Positions 11,462 through 23,700 of a stretch of DNA of 64,000 bases are shown here, piece by piece. Positions within the stretch are counted from its first letter, which is position 1; each line of letters starts with the position of its first letter. Position numbers and translations under genes: made by a program. This DNA is from Takakia lepidozioides (taxonomy: Eukaryota; Plantae; Bryophyta), in the NCBI GenBank assembly GCA_030704615.1, contig CM060731.1, forward strand, positions 36,952,001-37,016,000, written 5' to 3'. Below the pieces are notes generated by a model. It saw nothing but the letters and a program-made list of their open reading frames with translations. It had not been told where the DNA came from and did not search any database.

Positions 11462-13113
11462 CCTTTTCTCGTCTGTTTCTCTATCTCTGTCTATGTCTAC
11501 AGGCTCCTTACTTCTTCACATACAGCCCATCTATCACGTAATGCAAATGCACACTCCGCCAGGCATCCAGTGCAGCCAGCCATGAAGTCATCCTTGGTCT
11601 CAGAAGGCAAAACCATCCCTTTCATCAGTCTCTCTATCTCTCTCTCTCTCTCTCTCTCTTCTCTCCGTCAATACTCAACCCTTCACACTACCCCTTTCTT
11701 TTAAAAGATCCCATTTCCCAAAACAGCTCTCATCCCTTCTTCAGATTCAACCTGAATACCCCAACATCTCTCTTTTCCTTTCAACAAAAGGGCTTAAGTC
11801 GTTCATATCCTGATACAATGCTGAAATCACACCTTATCCCTTTTGTGTTTTCATACAGTTCCAGCTAACCCTCAGTTATCTCTCCAAGTAAACAAGCTAT
11901 ATCTACATTGGGTCCAGTGTATCACTACCCCCCAGCAACACTGAAACAAGAACAAGAATGAAGACAACAGTGACCATTCTGTTTTCTGTGACAACAGTCT
12001 CTCTCTCTCTCTCTCTTCACTCATTTTTCTTACTGACACTACGACGGCAGGTGTATCCATTCCTTCCATGTTCTGGTTTGAAGTCCAGAGTCTCCATTCC
12101 ATTTCCAAAAAAACTTTCCTCTATCACATGTCTCCACCCTTTCCTTTCAACAACCAGGGCAGTCCTAAATCTACCAAAAGCGATTTCTAAGTCCGCCAAA
12201 AGAAGAAGCCCACAGTCTACCAACTTATCTGTTTTTATCCTCCAGTGAAGCGGTGGGTCAGCCTGCCGAGATGGCACCTCACCATCGCCTGTCAGCAGCC
12301 ACCACAACCTTTTCTCCTTGTCTTGATTCCAGAGTTTATCATGCCATGATGTCTCCTCATCATCCTATGGAGCATCCTGTGGTTTGCCAACTAAATTGCT
12401 CTATTCTTCTATGCATGTAGCTCTTTAAGAACTGAAATGGACCTATAGCACGAAGACAAAAAGGCAGCTAGAAGCCTGATTACAGATAACCTGTGTTGCC
12501 ATCCAGCCAGCACTCCACATGCCTTATCGCCTCCATTGATTGTGCTCAGATTCTCTTCCTTGTGCTTCTGGCAGGTGGCCGTTCTCCTTGCTTGCTCATC
12601 TGCCCAAAACTGTCATCTTCAAGACAGTGGCGGCAGTGGTGGTGCGCCGCTCTCCTTACATGCTCCTATCTCCATGAATTGATCATCACAACGAGAAAGA
12701 CGGCACCGCTTCCCTTTACACAGAATACCAAGCAGAGGCACTTAATGCTGCCCTCTAAACCAAGCGAAGTCCCACAGCGCAGGTACAACCTCTCAACACA
12801 GACTGCCCTGTCAACACCACAGCTCGCGGCAGCTGCTACGAATCGCCCGTCACCTTCCTCTTCGTTCTTCCTTCCTCGCGGATTTTAGGTTGAGCATCAG
12901 TGACGAAAACGTTCATCGCATGGATGAAAAATGCATGGTCACGACTTAGCCATTTTTATTTTGGCAAAGCATGAGTACAGTATGCCCACAAAATTACCTG
13001 TATGGAGGGATATATCCCTCTTGCAGTTGGTATGAGGGCCCTCCCATTATAGTGATGCAGGGTCTTAACGGTGAAGCCACAATGTAATGTCACTCCCCTG
13101 CATTCACACTACA
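10866..13113 (-). mobile_element. 2248-bp solo-LTR-like insertion of Gypsy family 3
   Basis: Perfect 11-bp terminal inverted repeat TGTAGTGTGAA/TTCACACTACA; 4-bp TSD GGTC (10862-10865, 13114-13117). The empty site is visible near 22775. Positions 10876-11575 are homologous to 20116-20720. Confidence 0.85.
11411..11458. repeat. (CT)n microsatellite inside the family 3 solo LTR
   Basis: Uninterrupted CT run. Confidence 0.95.
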
Positions 13114-15191
13114 GGTCGTCCGGGTTCCCAAGTCAGTTCGGAGTGACTGGCTCTGCCAAGAAGTTGGCATTTGAGGGCGAGCCTACACGGCGGTATTCGG
13201 CGGTGACGTTTACGCACAGGCCAAAGCTAGAACCTCCAACCATCATCCAATGCGTCAATGAGAGCTTCCTTGACGCTCTCGCTGCCAGGGCGAAGAAGGT
13301 GGCACATAGCAAGTCTCTGGCGGAGCAGAAGGGGAAAGCCAAGAAGAGGGCTGCCGGTACAGAGCCTAAAGACACCCTTGGTTTTGAAGCCATGATGGAA
13401 TTCTTCACGGTTGTGAGCACGAATTGCAAGAGCACTCGGGGGGGGGGGGGGGTTGAGGTGGAGAGAGCTTGCGACATGATTCTCCTCGACATTCCAGATG
13501 GGGAGCTGCTGGAGGGCCTGGATGGTGTGCCCACCTGGAACAGGTTTACTGAGGACTACTGGAAAGCCGGGTTTGGGCTGGCGGGGATGCTTCTGGATGA
13601 CGATGGATGTGTGGTTGTCCTTGCCACGAGAGGGAAGACCACAGAGAATGCGGTGGCAAGGTGGACACCGAAAAGTGTCACCCCCGGTCCTCCTCAGAAA
13701 ATGGTTCTGCATCATTACAGAGGGGTTGCGAACAGAGGGCCAAAGTGTAAGTTATCAATCTATTGCATTCACTTCATATTGTGGTGTATGTTAAGTAGAC
13801 CCTGGAGTTGATCCCTTCTTTGTTGGATGTGCAGACATTGGTGTTTGAGGCATATTGCTTTGTGAAGAGAGGGTCTACGTTCAAATTCCGCAACGACGGT
13901 CGTCTTGTTGATGCCGTTGTGGACCCTGTAACCTACGATGTCCTCTACAACTATGTGCCCCACTCCAGTATGCCGAAGGACACAAAGACAGGCAAACCGT
14001 GGCGGTACAGCCGGACCCGGAGCCCTGCTTTCATCCAAACCCCATGGAGACGTGCTCGGATGTCCAAGGGCGGATTCTGGACTTCACATGCGGCACGGGT
14101 AAGCCTTCACGTGCTGAGTTTGTCCCCTAGCCCGATTGCAATTGCATGCCGCAAGCTATTAACCGCCCGCTTTGTTCCTCAGGTGCTTCAATGTGGGCAG
14201 GGACGTTGTCCGACAGGCATGTGTTCGCCTTCGAGCCAGATACTGCCCTCCACAACTCGGAACTTGCAGCGGCTGAATGTCTGCCGAAAGAGGAAGAGGC
14301 ATCCTCGGAGGATGAGGAAAAATCCGAGAAAGAACAGGGGGAGGAACTTGGGATCGAGGCCGAGGAGCCCCCGGTTTACGAGTGAGTGGTGGCATTGTAA
14401 GTTGCCTCCAGATTTCGTGAGGCGCCTCCCTCCGCTCTCTTATTTCATTGAAAATCCTTTCTGGTTGTGCTAGTATTGACATTCTTGAAGTGGATTTGTT
14501 CTTACTGTAGGATGCCAAGTACTGCCGGAGGGACGTCTACACCGGAGTTCATGGGCAGGAGGAACGTGCCTTTTTTTGCCAGGGGGGATTTCATGCCTAG
14601 TCCAGAAAGGGAGTACATCCTTCCTACTTATGCTGCCCGGCTTGCTTCGGTGTCCATTAGGAGGTGTTCCGAACCTAGTTGTGTACAGCAGATTTTAGAC
14701 GAGGCAAGCCTCAAGAAAATGAAGATGAGGGAGGAGGCAACAGCTATTAGAGCCCGTCGGGCTCGTAGATTTGTCTTGGATTCTGCTGAGGAAAGTGGGG
14801 GAGAAGACGCAGAAGATTCCCAGGAGGTGAGGTGGACAGTCCCCCAAGGAGAGGACGGGATTTTTGAGAGGCATAGTGGAACTGATGCATCACAGAGCTC
14901 GGAGGATGAGGGGGATGAGGGGGATGAGGAAGAAGGTGGGGCAAGTTCCTCGGAGGGTGTAGGAGAGTAGTGCCCATTCCGGCTATGACAGTTAGAACAC
15001 ACTTGTATAGACGTGGCTTGCCACAAAATTTGCAATAAAATGTTGCATTTCAAGTCCACTGGTGCCACATTCCAACTTCACATGACCCTATTTCCGTGCC
15101 TCCTAACCCTATTTCCGTGGACTCACAATGGTCTGCTCATGCTTTTTTTTTTCCCGCTCATGCTCATGCCGCTCATGAAATAGCAGCCCCC

Positions 15192-15820
15192 GAGGACTTG
15201 ATGAGGAGCAGGAAGCTACCCTGTTCGCTGCACACCCAGAGTAGGAGCAGGTTGCAGAGATGCAACTGGAAGGCCTAAGTTGTTTAAAAGGTATCTGCTA
15301 TGGTGTAGTGACAGCAACACCAATTGAGGGTGAAACAAGCAGTTACCCACTACATTTTATGAAGAAAGAGAGGGAGAAATGGAAATCCTAGAGGAACCAG
15401 CCACTGTGAGTTTACAGGATGAAGTGGTGACTGGTTGGACAATCACAGCTGATGGGCAGATGAGAGAAGTGAATGTGGGAACTGAAGAGGAACCGAGGAT
15501 GGTGAAGGTAGGGGCTGATTTGGAGCCAAAATTCTTTGAGGAAGCTAAGAGTCTGTTCATCAAATACAGAGATGTATTTGCTTGGAGCTATGAGGATCTG
15601 AAAGGGATACCACCTGAGATCTGTCAGCATAAGATTGAACTGGAACCAGGGTCAGTACCAATCAAACAGGCAAGGTACAGAATGAATCCCAACTATGCAC
15701 AGAAGGTTGGAGAAGAGATCAAGAAGTTGGCTGAGGCTAAGTTTATATACCCGATAGAGTATACAACTTGGTTGTCACCCATTGTGATAGTTCCCAAGAA
15801 GAATGGTAAACTGAGAGTTT
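15192..15820 (+). pseudogene. Gypsy family 2 pol fragment (pre-RT and start of RT)
   Basis: Near-identical to about 52941-53568 (DVFAWSYEDLKG...WLSPIVIVPKKNG). Confidence 0.9.
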
Positions 15821-16858
15821 ATCATGATATTCACTCCAGAGCCTCCCTCTATCAGTACATCAGTTAGTTCTGTGCTTCCAATTCTCAATTGGATTACTGG
15901 CATAGAATCATCAAAGTCCATGACTGTTTCTCGCCCTTCCGGCTTCACATTATAACTGGTCACCTTGCTGTTCAGGTCTGTGTTCCCTATCACATGGGCA
16001 ATCCGATTGATTGCTTGATACAGCCTGTGTTTACAATAAGGTGCCACAGCCAATAGCTGTCCAATGGTAATCTCCGCTTTGGACTGACATATTACTTCAG
16101 CCAAAGTCCCTTCATTACTCTGCATTTCTGCAGCTTCTTTCTTCCCTTCATCCTCACTCACTTCCTCTTCTCTTTCAGAATCAGAGGAATCTGCCATAGG
16201 AATATCAGTACTCTTCTGCATTTCCCTTATGGTATCTGCCACTTCCTTGTGCAGTTCATTCTCATCTCTCCAAGCCTCATCTTCTTCAGGCACATCACTG
16301 CCATCTTCATTATCATCACCTTCCCCATCTATTGGAGGTATTAATTTGGCTTTGCTTCTGGTTACTATCATTGTACTTACTTCTGGTACAACACATGGTC
16401 TAACCATGTGAGCTGCCACCACTGGCCCCTCATTCACAGGAGCTCTCATCTCATTCTGGTGTCTGATCCAGAATGGACAGGCTGCCTTGCGATGTCCTGC
16501 CTGATTACAATAGTAACACAGTTCTTCCCCATTAGGTCCTCACCCTTGGTCTGTTCTGGGATTGTTTCTGTAATCCTGATTCCCTGGCTGGTAATTCCCC
16601 CTTGGATTACCCTGATAGTTGCCTCTGGAATTTCCTTGGTAATTCCCTCTTGGCTTACCTCTCCCTTCCATGCCATTGTTATAACCACCAGGCCTAGCAT
16701 AGTGGTCTTCCTTTCCTCCCAACCTTCAAACTCTACTCGCTTAATGGATATCAACGCTATCACATAAACCAGTGTTGGTAACCAACCTGCTCTTCCTCTA
16801 CAGGCCACCTGATAAATCTTTATCACCCCTTTCTCCAGACCCCACTCAGGGTCAGCAT
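15821..16858 (-). pseudogene. Gypsy family 2 fragments: leader ORF piece fused by deletion to the gag C-terminus and start of protease
   Basis: 16712-16858 matches about 49590-49740; 15821-16711 matches about 51700-52580. Confidence 0.9.
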
Positions 16859-19703
16859 ACAATCCCTTCTTTGTGATTACTGCTGTTTTGCTTATATCTC
16901 GGTCGTCCATCTTAATCTGCCAAAAACCAGATTGTAAATCCAGAGCAGAGAACCACTTGGCTTTCCCCAGCTGGTTCAAAACATCCTGAATTAATGGCTT
17001 AGGGTAAGAGTCCCTCCTAGTCAAGCGGTTCACCGGCCTGAAATCACCACAAAAACGCTTGGATCCATCCTTTTTTGGTGGAAGGGTGACTGGACATGAC
17101 CACTCTGAACTACTTTCCCGCATCTTACCTTGTGAGATTAAAGTCTCAATCTGTCTTTGTACCTCGTTTTCCTCCCACTCTGATAGGCGGCTGGGATGAC
17201 TTCTGCAAGGGGGAAAACCTTGTGTATCAATTGTATGTTCCACCTCACTGCAATAACCCAAGTCAGCTTTGCTAAGATCAAAACATTCCTGATTTTCTCT
17301 CAGCTCTCGCTCCAGTTCTATCCTATGTTCTGGGGCTAGCTCTGGATTGATGTGAAGTCTGGATTTCAGACTTCTCCAACGACTCTCCATTTCTTCTTCA
17401 TGGCTGGGTTCCCAACTCTTTCCCTCCACCTGGTGTATAGAGTTAGCTACCCTCTGCCTTTCTTGCTGAGTCACAACCTGATTCCAATCATGGAAATCAT
17501 CTTCTATTTCCACGTTGTTGTTCCCTAGTTCACCATTCCAAGCTTTCTGGTAAGCTTCCTGTATGATAGAGGCAGCCATGCTACGATGGGTCTCTTCCTG
17601 AAGGAGTTCAGACATCCCTTGGTCTTCGAACAAATCCTCCCCTAGGTTGACATTATCTATTATCTCCTCAACATTCTTCAGGGCTCTATCTACCTTTTCG
17701 CTCTCCTCAGATCCTCCCATCTCCTCATCTTTATCAGATTCAGAGCTGTTAGAGTCTGGAGATCCTTCCTCCGTGTCCACAAACTCTTCCTCGGGCTTTC
17801 TTTCTTCTTCCCACAAACCTAGGTATTGTTCATCTGATGTCAGGGTCAAGACATTTCCTGCTGACGTAGTGCTTGCATACCTTACTCTGCCCTCATCCCC
17901 TCTGTGGTAGGCTGTTCTGGTGACTGCAGACTCATTATAATTTATGGTGTGCAAAGGGAAGTGAGCAAAATCCTTTCCTGGCCCATAGCGTACACGAATC
18001 GTTTCAGCTTCGGTGTCAACAACCGCGCCAAACTTTTTGAGAAAGTCCAAGCCCAGAAGCATGTGATACGTATCCGTGTTTACCACCATAAAGGACAAGC
18101 GATTGGTCAGCTCTCCTGCTTTGAACTTAAAGTCCTCAAGTCTGCCCATTGCAATCTCAAGAGCACCTGAGGCTACTCTGTAATTTACATCCTTATCAGC
18201 AACAACAGATCCCATCAGACCAAGATCCCTGACTGTACTCGCGGATATTACAGAAAGCATGGCACCGGTGTCAATTTGGCCTAATACTTGGTAATCTCCC
18301 ATTGTAATCATTACATGAAGCGCTTTAACCTTACCAGTATAAGCATACGAGATCGTGGGCTCAGCGTGTGCTGAGTACAAAGGCCTTAGAACATCCCTCA
18401 CAATTTCTACACTGTGAGTTGTCTCCTTTTGTTGTACCATTGCCCTTTCCACCACTTTGACCAGCCCCTTTAATTTGTCTAACTCTCCGGGCACAGTCAT
18501 GATTAGGTCCATGGGAGACAAGGATATTCTCCCCTTGTAGAAGTGGTTCAGGATTCTGGATTTAGTACCTCCTTCTATGGCAGCTTTGAAATTGTTCTTT
18601 GGGTAGATCTCACTCTTGGTCTTGCTTGGCTGTTCACTGCTCTCACCATTCCTCTCTGGTGACTCTGTAGGTTCAACAATAGGACTCTGGACAGGGATGC
18701 ACGTCCTTGGAAGTTTGACTTCATTGATACTGTTTTGTGACATCAGATCTGTCATTTCTGCGAGTACATCATCCTCATCATCATAGAACACATCTACAAA
18801 GTTAGTTCCAGGAGTTCCTATCATAGTCTGGTCGAGTTTTCTACTGCACTCACTCTCTGTATGCCCTAGTACCTTGCAAAAGTTGCATCTCACACCACAC
18901 ATTTCCGTGGAATGCCCAAACCGGTGACATTTGTCACACTTAGCTTGGGTTCTTCCTTCAGGACAATATGTAGCTATGTGACCTTCTTTATGACAAACGT
19001 TACAAAGGCGAACACGAGGAGGTGTTCTAGATCCCGAGCTTTCTCCTATGACTGGTCCCCTATCAAAGTACTTCTGTAGGGTAGTGTTTAGCTGATCAAG
19101 TCTTCTGTCCACAGGGTTGACAAACACAACTGACTCATCTGTATCATCTCCTTCCAATGGCTCTAGAGGTATTTCCCCCAACTTTCCCAGGCCCCTCTCA
19201 ATCTCAATGGCTGTCTCAAGTGCTTCCTCTACATCAGAGAAGCGTCTGCCCAGCATTACTCTTGCTATTTAAGGTCTCAAACCTGCTGCAAATCTACGCC
19301 TCTGTTCCAAATCAGACGCCCCACTTCTTATAAACAACCGGTTCAACCTATCAAAGTATGTCTGAACCCTTTGTCTATTTTCCTGTTTGATGGTATCCAT
19401 CCTCAGCCTGATTTCTGCCAAGTCAATGACACCAAACTTGGCTGATATGGCTGCCCTAAAATCTTCCCAGTTGTCTGGTCTAGGGTTTTGTTTACGGTAC
19501 CATTCATCAGCCTTGGCTCTCAGGTTGAGCCTTGCTACCTTGAAGGTTTTATCCTCATTTAAATCTCTGACATCTGCCTCCATCTGAATCCTTTCCAGCC
19601 AGTCATTCACATCTTCACTATTCCTACCATGATAAGGCACATCTATGCTAGTTGGACTGGTCATTCTTCTACTCTCTAGTCTGAGTTCAAACTGGTTTAA
19701 CAC
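16859..19703 (-). pseudogene. Gypsy family 3 gag-protease-RT, truncated within RT; in-frame stop at 19269-19271
   Basis: Gag capsid (YHGRNSEDVNDWL), three CCHC knuckles, protease IDTGA...LLGLDFL, RT CGDFRPVN and LDLQSGFWQ. Breaks at KKGLY. Confidence 0.9.
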
Positions 19704-20103
19704 CTAATTCTGATTCTAATTTTCCTGAAACACCCTTAATGCTGACCTCTATACCACTCCCACTGTCCATTTCGCAACATCTCTACTCTACCTCCCCATG
19801 TCACTTCTCGTGCCATGGTATTTATCTTCTCCCACCTTCCTAACTCTCTTATCCAAAGTACTATGGTTGTTCTTCCACCAGCATGTATCACTCTAAGACA
19901 TAAATCACCATCAGCTATTCTCCAAGCAGGGTTGAAGAAGTACAAACAAGGGTCTGCGTAGGCATTTGGTGAGCGTCGGCTGAAGCAAATCAGCACATCT
20001 CCAATGCTTGGTTCATCAGGAATCATTGTATGGTCTCTGCCTGCCATCAAACCATCCAACACAAATCAAGATCTCTAGCTAGTAGATATCACGATTTAAC
20101 GAA

Positions 20104-20115
20104 GCTCTGATACCA
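20104..20115 (-). promoter_or_regulatory. Primer-binding site for initiator tRNA-Met (family 3)
   Basis: TGGTATCAGAGC on the minus strand, between the LTR-like sequence and gag. Confidence 0.9.
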
Positions 20116-20720
20116 AAAGAAGGGGCGTGAATCCCCTTCTGGGTGATTCTAATCTGTACTCCTCCCCAGTTGAAGTCAAAGCAAAAGGAAGGAACGTTCT
20201 AGTGATCCAACCATCTTCACATGGCTGTGGGTTTCCCTTAGTTCGTTCGTGATCAGAGTTCATGCAATCCTCATCCACGCCGCAGCGGAAGAGAAGATTG
20301 TTCTTGCTCTTGGTTCTACTTTTATACAATAGCCTTGCCCTATGATCACAGCGCCAACAGTGCTGCCATGATCTTTTCTGTGATGCAACCAGCCCTATGA
20401 CAGCGCTAAACACGACCCTTAATGTGAAGCTCCGTTGAGCAGTGACACATCGGAAGCCCCCTTTGTACTGGTGACACAGATTTAGAGGGAGGCAGCTCAG
20501 ATCTGCCATGAACTGCAGGGCCACTGGTCTCTTTCAGGGTTCATGTTTTCTTCATCTCATCTCCCCAAATTGGCCATCCCCCATCAACCCCTTTTACTGA
20601 GCAGCTCTCTCCCTTCCCAAATCCTTTTCTCTCTCTCTCTAATCTTCGTCTACAGGTTCCTCACTTCTTCAACAGCAGCATATCTACCATGCAATGCAAT
20701 GCACAACTCAGCCAGGCATC
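20116..20720 (-). repeat. Partial 5' LTR of Gypsy family 3, cut by a MULE-A end
   Basis: Homologous to 10876-11575 and adjacent to the PBS. Confidence 0.85.
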
Positions 20721-23700
20721 GGGGGCTGCTATTTCATGAGCGGCATGAGCATGAGTGGAAAAAAAAAAGCATGAGCAGACCATTGTGAGTCCACGGAAAT
20801 AGGGTTAGGAGGCACGGAAATAGGGTCATGTGAAGTTGGAATGTGGCACCAGTGGACTTGAAATGCAACATTTTATTGCAAATTTTGTGGCAAGCCACGT
20901 CTATACAAGTGTGTTCTAACTGTTTTAGCCGGAATGGGCACTACTCTCCTACACCCTCCGAGGAACTTGCCCCACCTTCTTCCTCATCCCCCTCATCCCC
21001 CTCATCCTCCGAGCTATGTGATGCATCAGTTCCACTATGCCTCTCAAAAATCCCGTCCTCTCCTTGGGGGACTGTCCACCTCACCTCCTGGGAATCTTCT
21101 GCGTCTTCTCCCCCACTTTCCTCAGCAGAATCCAAGACAAATCTACGAGCCCGACGGGCTCTAATAGCTGCTGCCTCCTCCCTCATCTTCATTTTCTTGA
21201 GGCTTGCCTTGTCTAAAATCTGTTGTACACGACTAGGTTCGGAACACCTCCTAATGGACACCGAAGCAAACCGGGCAGCATAAGTAGGAAGGATGTACTC
21301 CCTTTCTAGACTAGGCATGAAATCCCCCCTGGCAAAAAAAGGCACGTTCCTCCTGCCCATGAACTCCGGTGTAGATGTCCCTCCGGCAGTACTTGGCATC
21401 CTACAGTAAGAACAAATCCACTTCAAGAATGTCAATACCAGACACAACCAGAAAGGGTTTTCAATGAAATAAGAGAGCGGAGGGAGGTGCCTCACGAAAT
21501 CTGGAGGCAACTTACAATGCCACCACTCACTCGTAAACCGGGGGCTCCTCGGCCTTGATCCCAACTTCCTCCCCCTGCTCCTTCTCGGATTTTTCCTCAT
21601 CCTCCGAGGATGCCTCTTCCTCTTTCGGCAGACGTTCAGCCGCTGCAAGTTCCGAGTTGTGGAGGGCAGTATCTGGCTCGAAGGCGAACACATGCCTGTC
21701 GGACAACGTCCCTGCCCACATTGAAGCACCTGAGGAACAAAGCGGGCGGTTAATAGCTTGCGGCATGCAATTGCAATCGGGCCAAGGGACAAACTGAGCA
21801 CGTGAAGGCTTACCCGTGCCGCATGTGAAGTCCAGAATCCGCCCTTGGACATCCGAGCACGTCTCCATGAGGGTTTGGATGAAAGCAGGGCTCCGGGTCC
21901 GGCTGTACCGCCACGGTTTGCCTGTCTTTGTGTCCTTCGGCATACTGGAGTGGGGCACATAGTTGTAGAGGACATCGTAGGTTACAGGGTCCACGGAATT
22001 TGAACGTAGACCCTCTCTTCACAAAGCAATATGCCTCAAACACCAATGTCTGCACATCCAACAAAGAAGGGATCAACTCCAGGGTCTACTTAACATACAC
22101 CACAATATGAAGTGAATGCAATAGATTGATAACTTACACTTTGGCCCTCTGTTCGCAACCCCTCTGTACTGATGCAGAACCATTTTCTGAGGAGGACCGG
22201 GGTGACACTTTTCGGTGTCCACCTTGCCACCGCATTCTCTGTGGTCTTCCCTCTCGTGGCAAGGACAACCACACATCCACCGTCATCCAGAAGCATCCCC
22301 GCCAGCCCAAACCCGGCTTTCCAGTAGTCCTCAGTAAACCTGTTCCAGGTGGGCACACCATCCAGGCCCTCCAGCAGCTCCCCATCTGGAATGTCGAGGA
22401 GAATCATGTTGCAAGCTCTCTCTACCTCACCCCCCCCCCCCCCCCCCCCCAAGTGCTCTTGCAATTCGTGCTCACAGCTGTGAAGAATTCCATCATGGCT
22501 TCAAAACCAGGGGTGTCTTTAGGCTCTGTACCGGCAGCCCTCTTCTTGGCTTTCCCCTTCTGCTCCGCCAGAGACTTGCTGTGTGCCACCTTCTTCGCCC
22601 TGGCAGCGAGAGCGTCAAGGAAGCTCTCATTGACGCATTGGATGATGGTTGGAGGTTCTAGCTTTGGCCTGTGCGTAAACGTCACCGCCGAATACCGCCG
22701 TGTAGGCTCGCCCTCAAATGCCAACTTCTTGGCAGAGCCAGTCCCACTCCGAACTGACTTGGGAACCCGGACGACCGGTGACTGGGTAGGAGCAACAGCA
22801 GTCGCAGGACCTTGAACAAAGTCGTCGTCCGAATCACTCTCTTGGGTCCCCTCCTGCGCCTCCTCCGATGCCCCTGGAAGTCATTTCATTGCGAATCCTC
22901 ATATATGATGAAAATTCCCATTTCAGTATTGTTTGATGGAAATGTGGCACTGCAGGGTGACTGAGAATTCCTTCATTGCCACCAACTTGTCCCATATGCT
23001 CTTCCGAGTGAAAGATGTCGGGAAGCAGGGGGTGCAAGAGTTTGCCAATTCCCTCAGTGCCGACCTCCTGCGCAAGTCGGAGGCAAAGGCAGAAAGAACC
23101 TGGTATAGGCTGAGCGTCGACGCCATGGTGGACTACATATTTCGGGTAAAGCTCCTGACAGTTTTGTTGAGCTAATCTATCTCTCCTCCCCCAATAGAAG
23201 AAAAGGTCTTCACCGTGATTTCTAATCTCCTCCCCCAATAGAAGAAATTGTATTGAGCATGATCTCTAATCTTGTGTGCGCATTCTTGACAAACAAAAAT
23301 ACAGCAGGATTTGGCACATGCGCGGAGGTTCTACATGGAGTCAGAGGAGAAGAATCCAACCCTCCCGGCACTCGAATCGTATGTCAAAGCTGCGGAGGTG
23401 AGGGCCCGCATAAAGTACAAGTCGCGGATGGTAAAGTACGTGGCCATAGCTGATCCCGCCCTTGGTGCCGACTTTCTGGTGGAGGTGGGGAAGCACTACT
23501 CTCACGCTCTGAAGCCCACGATGACATTGGAGAAGCTCCATCATCTAGCCACATCCTGTGTAGATGCAACAGAAAAGGTGATACATTCTTAACCAAATTG
23601 TGGTGGCAACAACTCCTTTTTGTGGTGTTTGGCGCTTACGAATATGCTGGGTCGTTGGACAGACCCGGTGGCTCCAAATCTGGAATGGTTCCCAAAGTAC

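Larger units (their letters stand above)
7098..14970 (+). pseudogene. Nine-exon cargo gene A: ParB/Srx-like domain + helical region + beta-class amino-methyltransferase-like domain + acidic tail (disrupted)
   Basis: Inferred exons ~7098-8515, 8634-8823, 8927-9211, 9297-9422, 9518-9732, 10364-13746 (split by the insertion at 10866-13113), 13835-14098, 14183-14381, 14511-14970. All introns are GT-AG and frame-compatible, and positions are shared with subfamily B. Motifs: VVRPAL..IDKL..SF..GY, MFYVWDGNHR, DMILLDIPD, RSPAFIQTL...GRILDFTCGTGASMWAG...RHVFAFEPD. In-frame TGA at 8301; frameshifts near 13681 and 14041. Confidence 0.8.
3965..15191 (+). mobile_element. MULE-like element, subfamily A, copy 1 (left part interrupted by Gypsy family 1; right end at 15191)
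   Basis: Palindrome arrays, spliced ParB-MTase-like gene, and right end GCTCATGAAATAGCAGCCCCC. The same end abuts unrelated flanks at 20721 and 43987. The layout parallels transposase-bearing subfamily B. Confidence 0.75.

Noticed and set aside
7098-14970. Bacterial or phage contamination as the source of the ParB/MTase gene
   Set aside because: Eight GT-AG introns conserved between subfamilies, multiple copies, and nesting with LTR elements show it is resident eukaryotic DNA.
16446-19256. 936-aa ORF as one protein
   Set aside because: Chimeric read-through: family 3 gag-pol runs in frame into a family 2 leader fragment and then out-of-frame gag.
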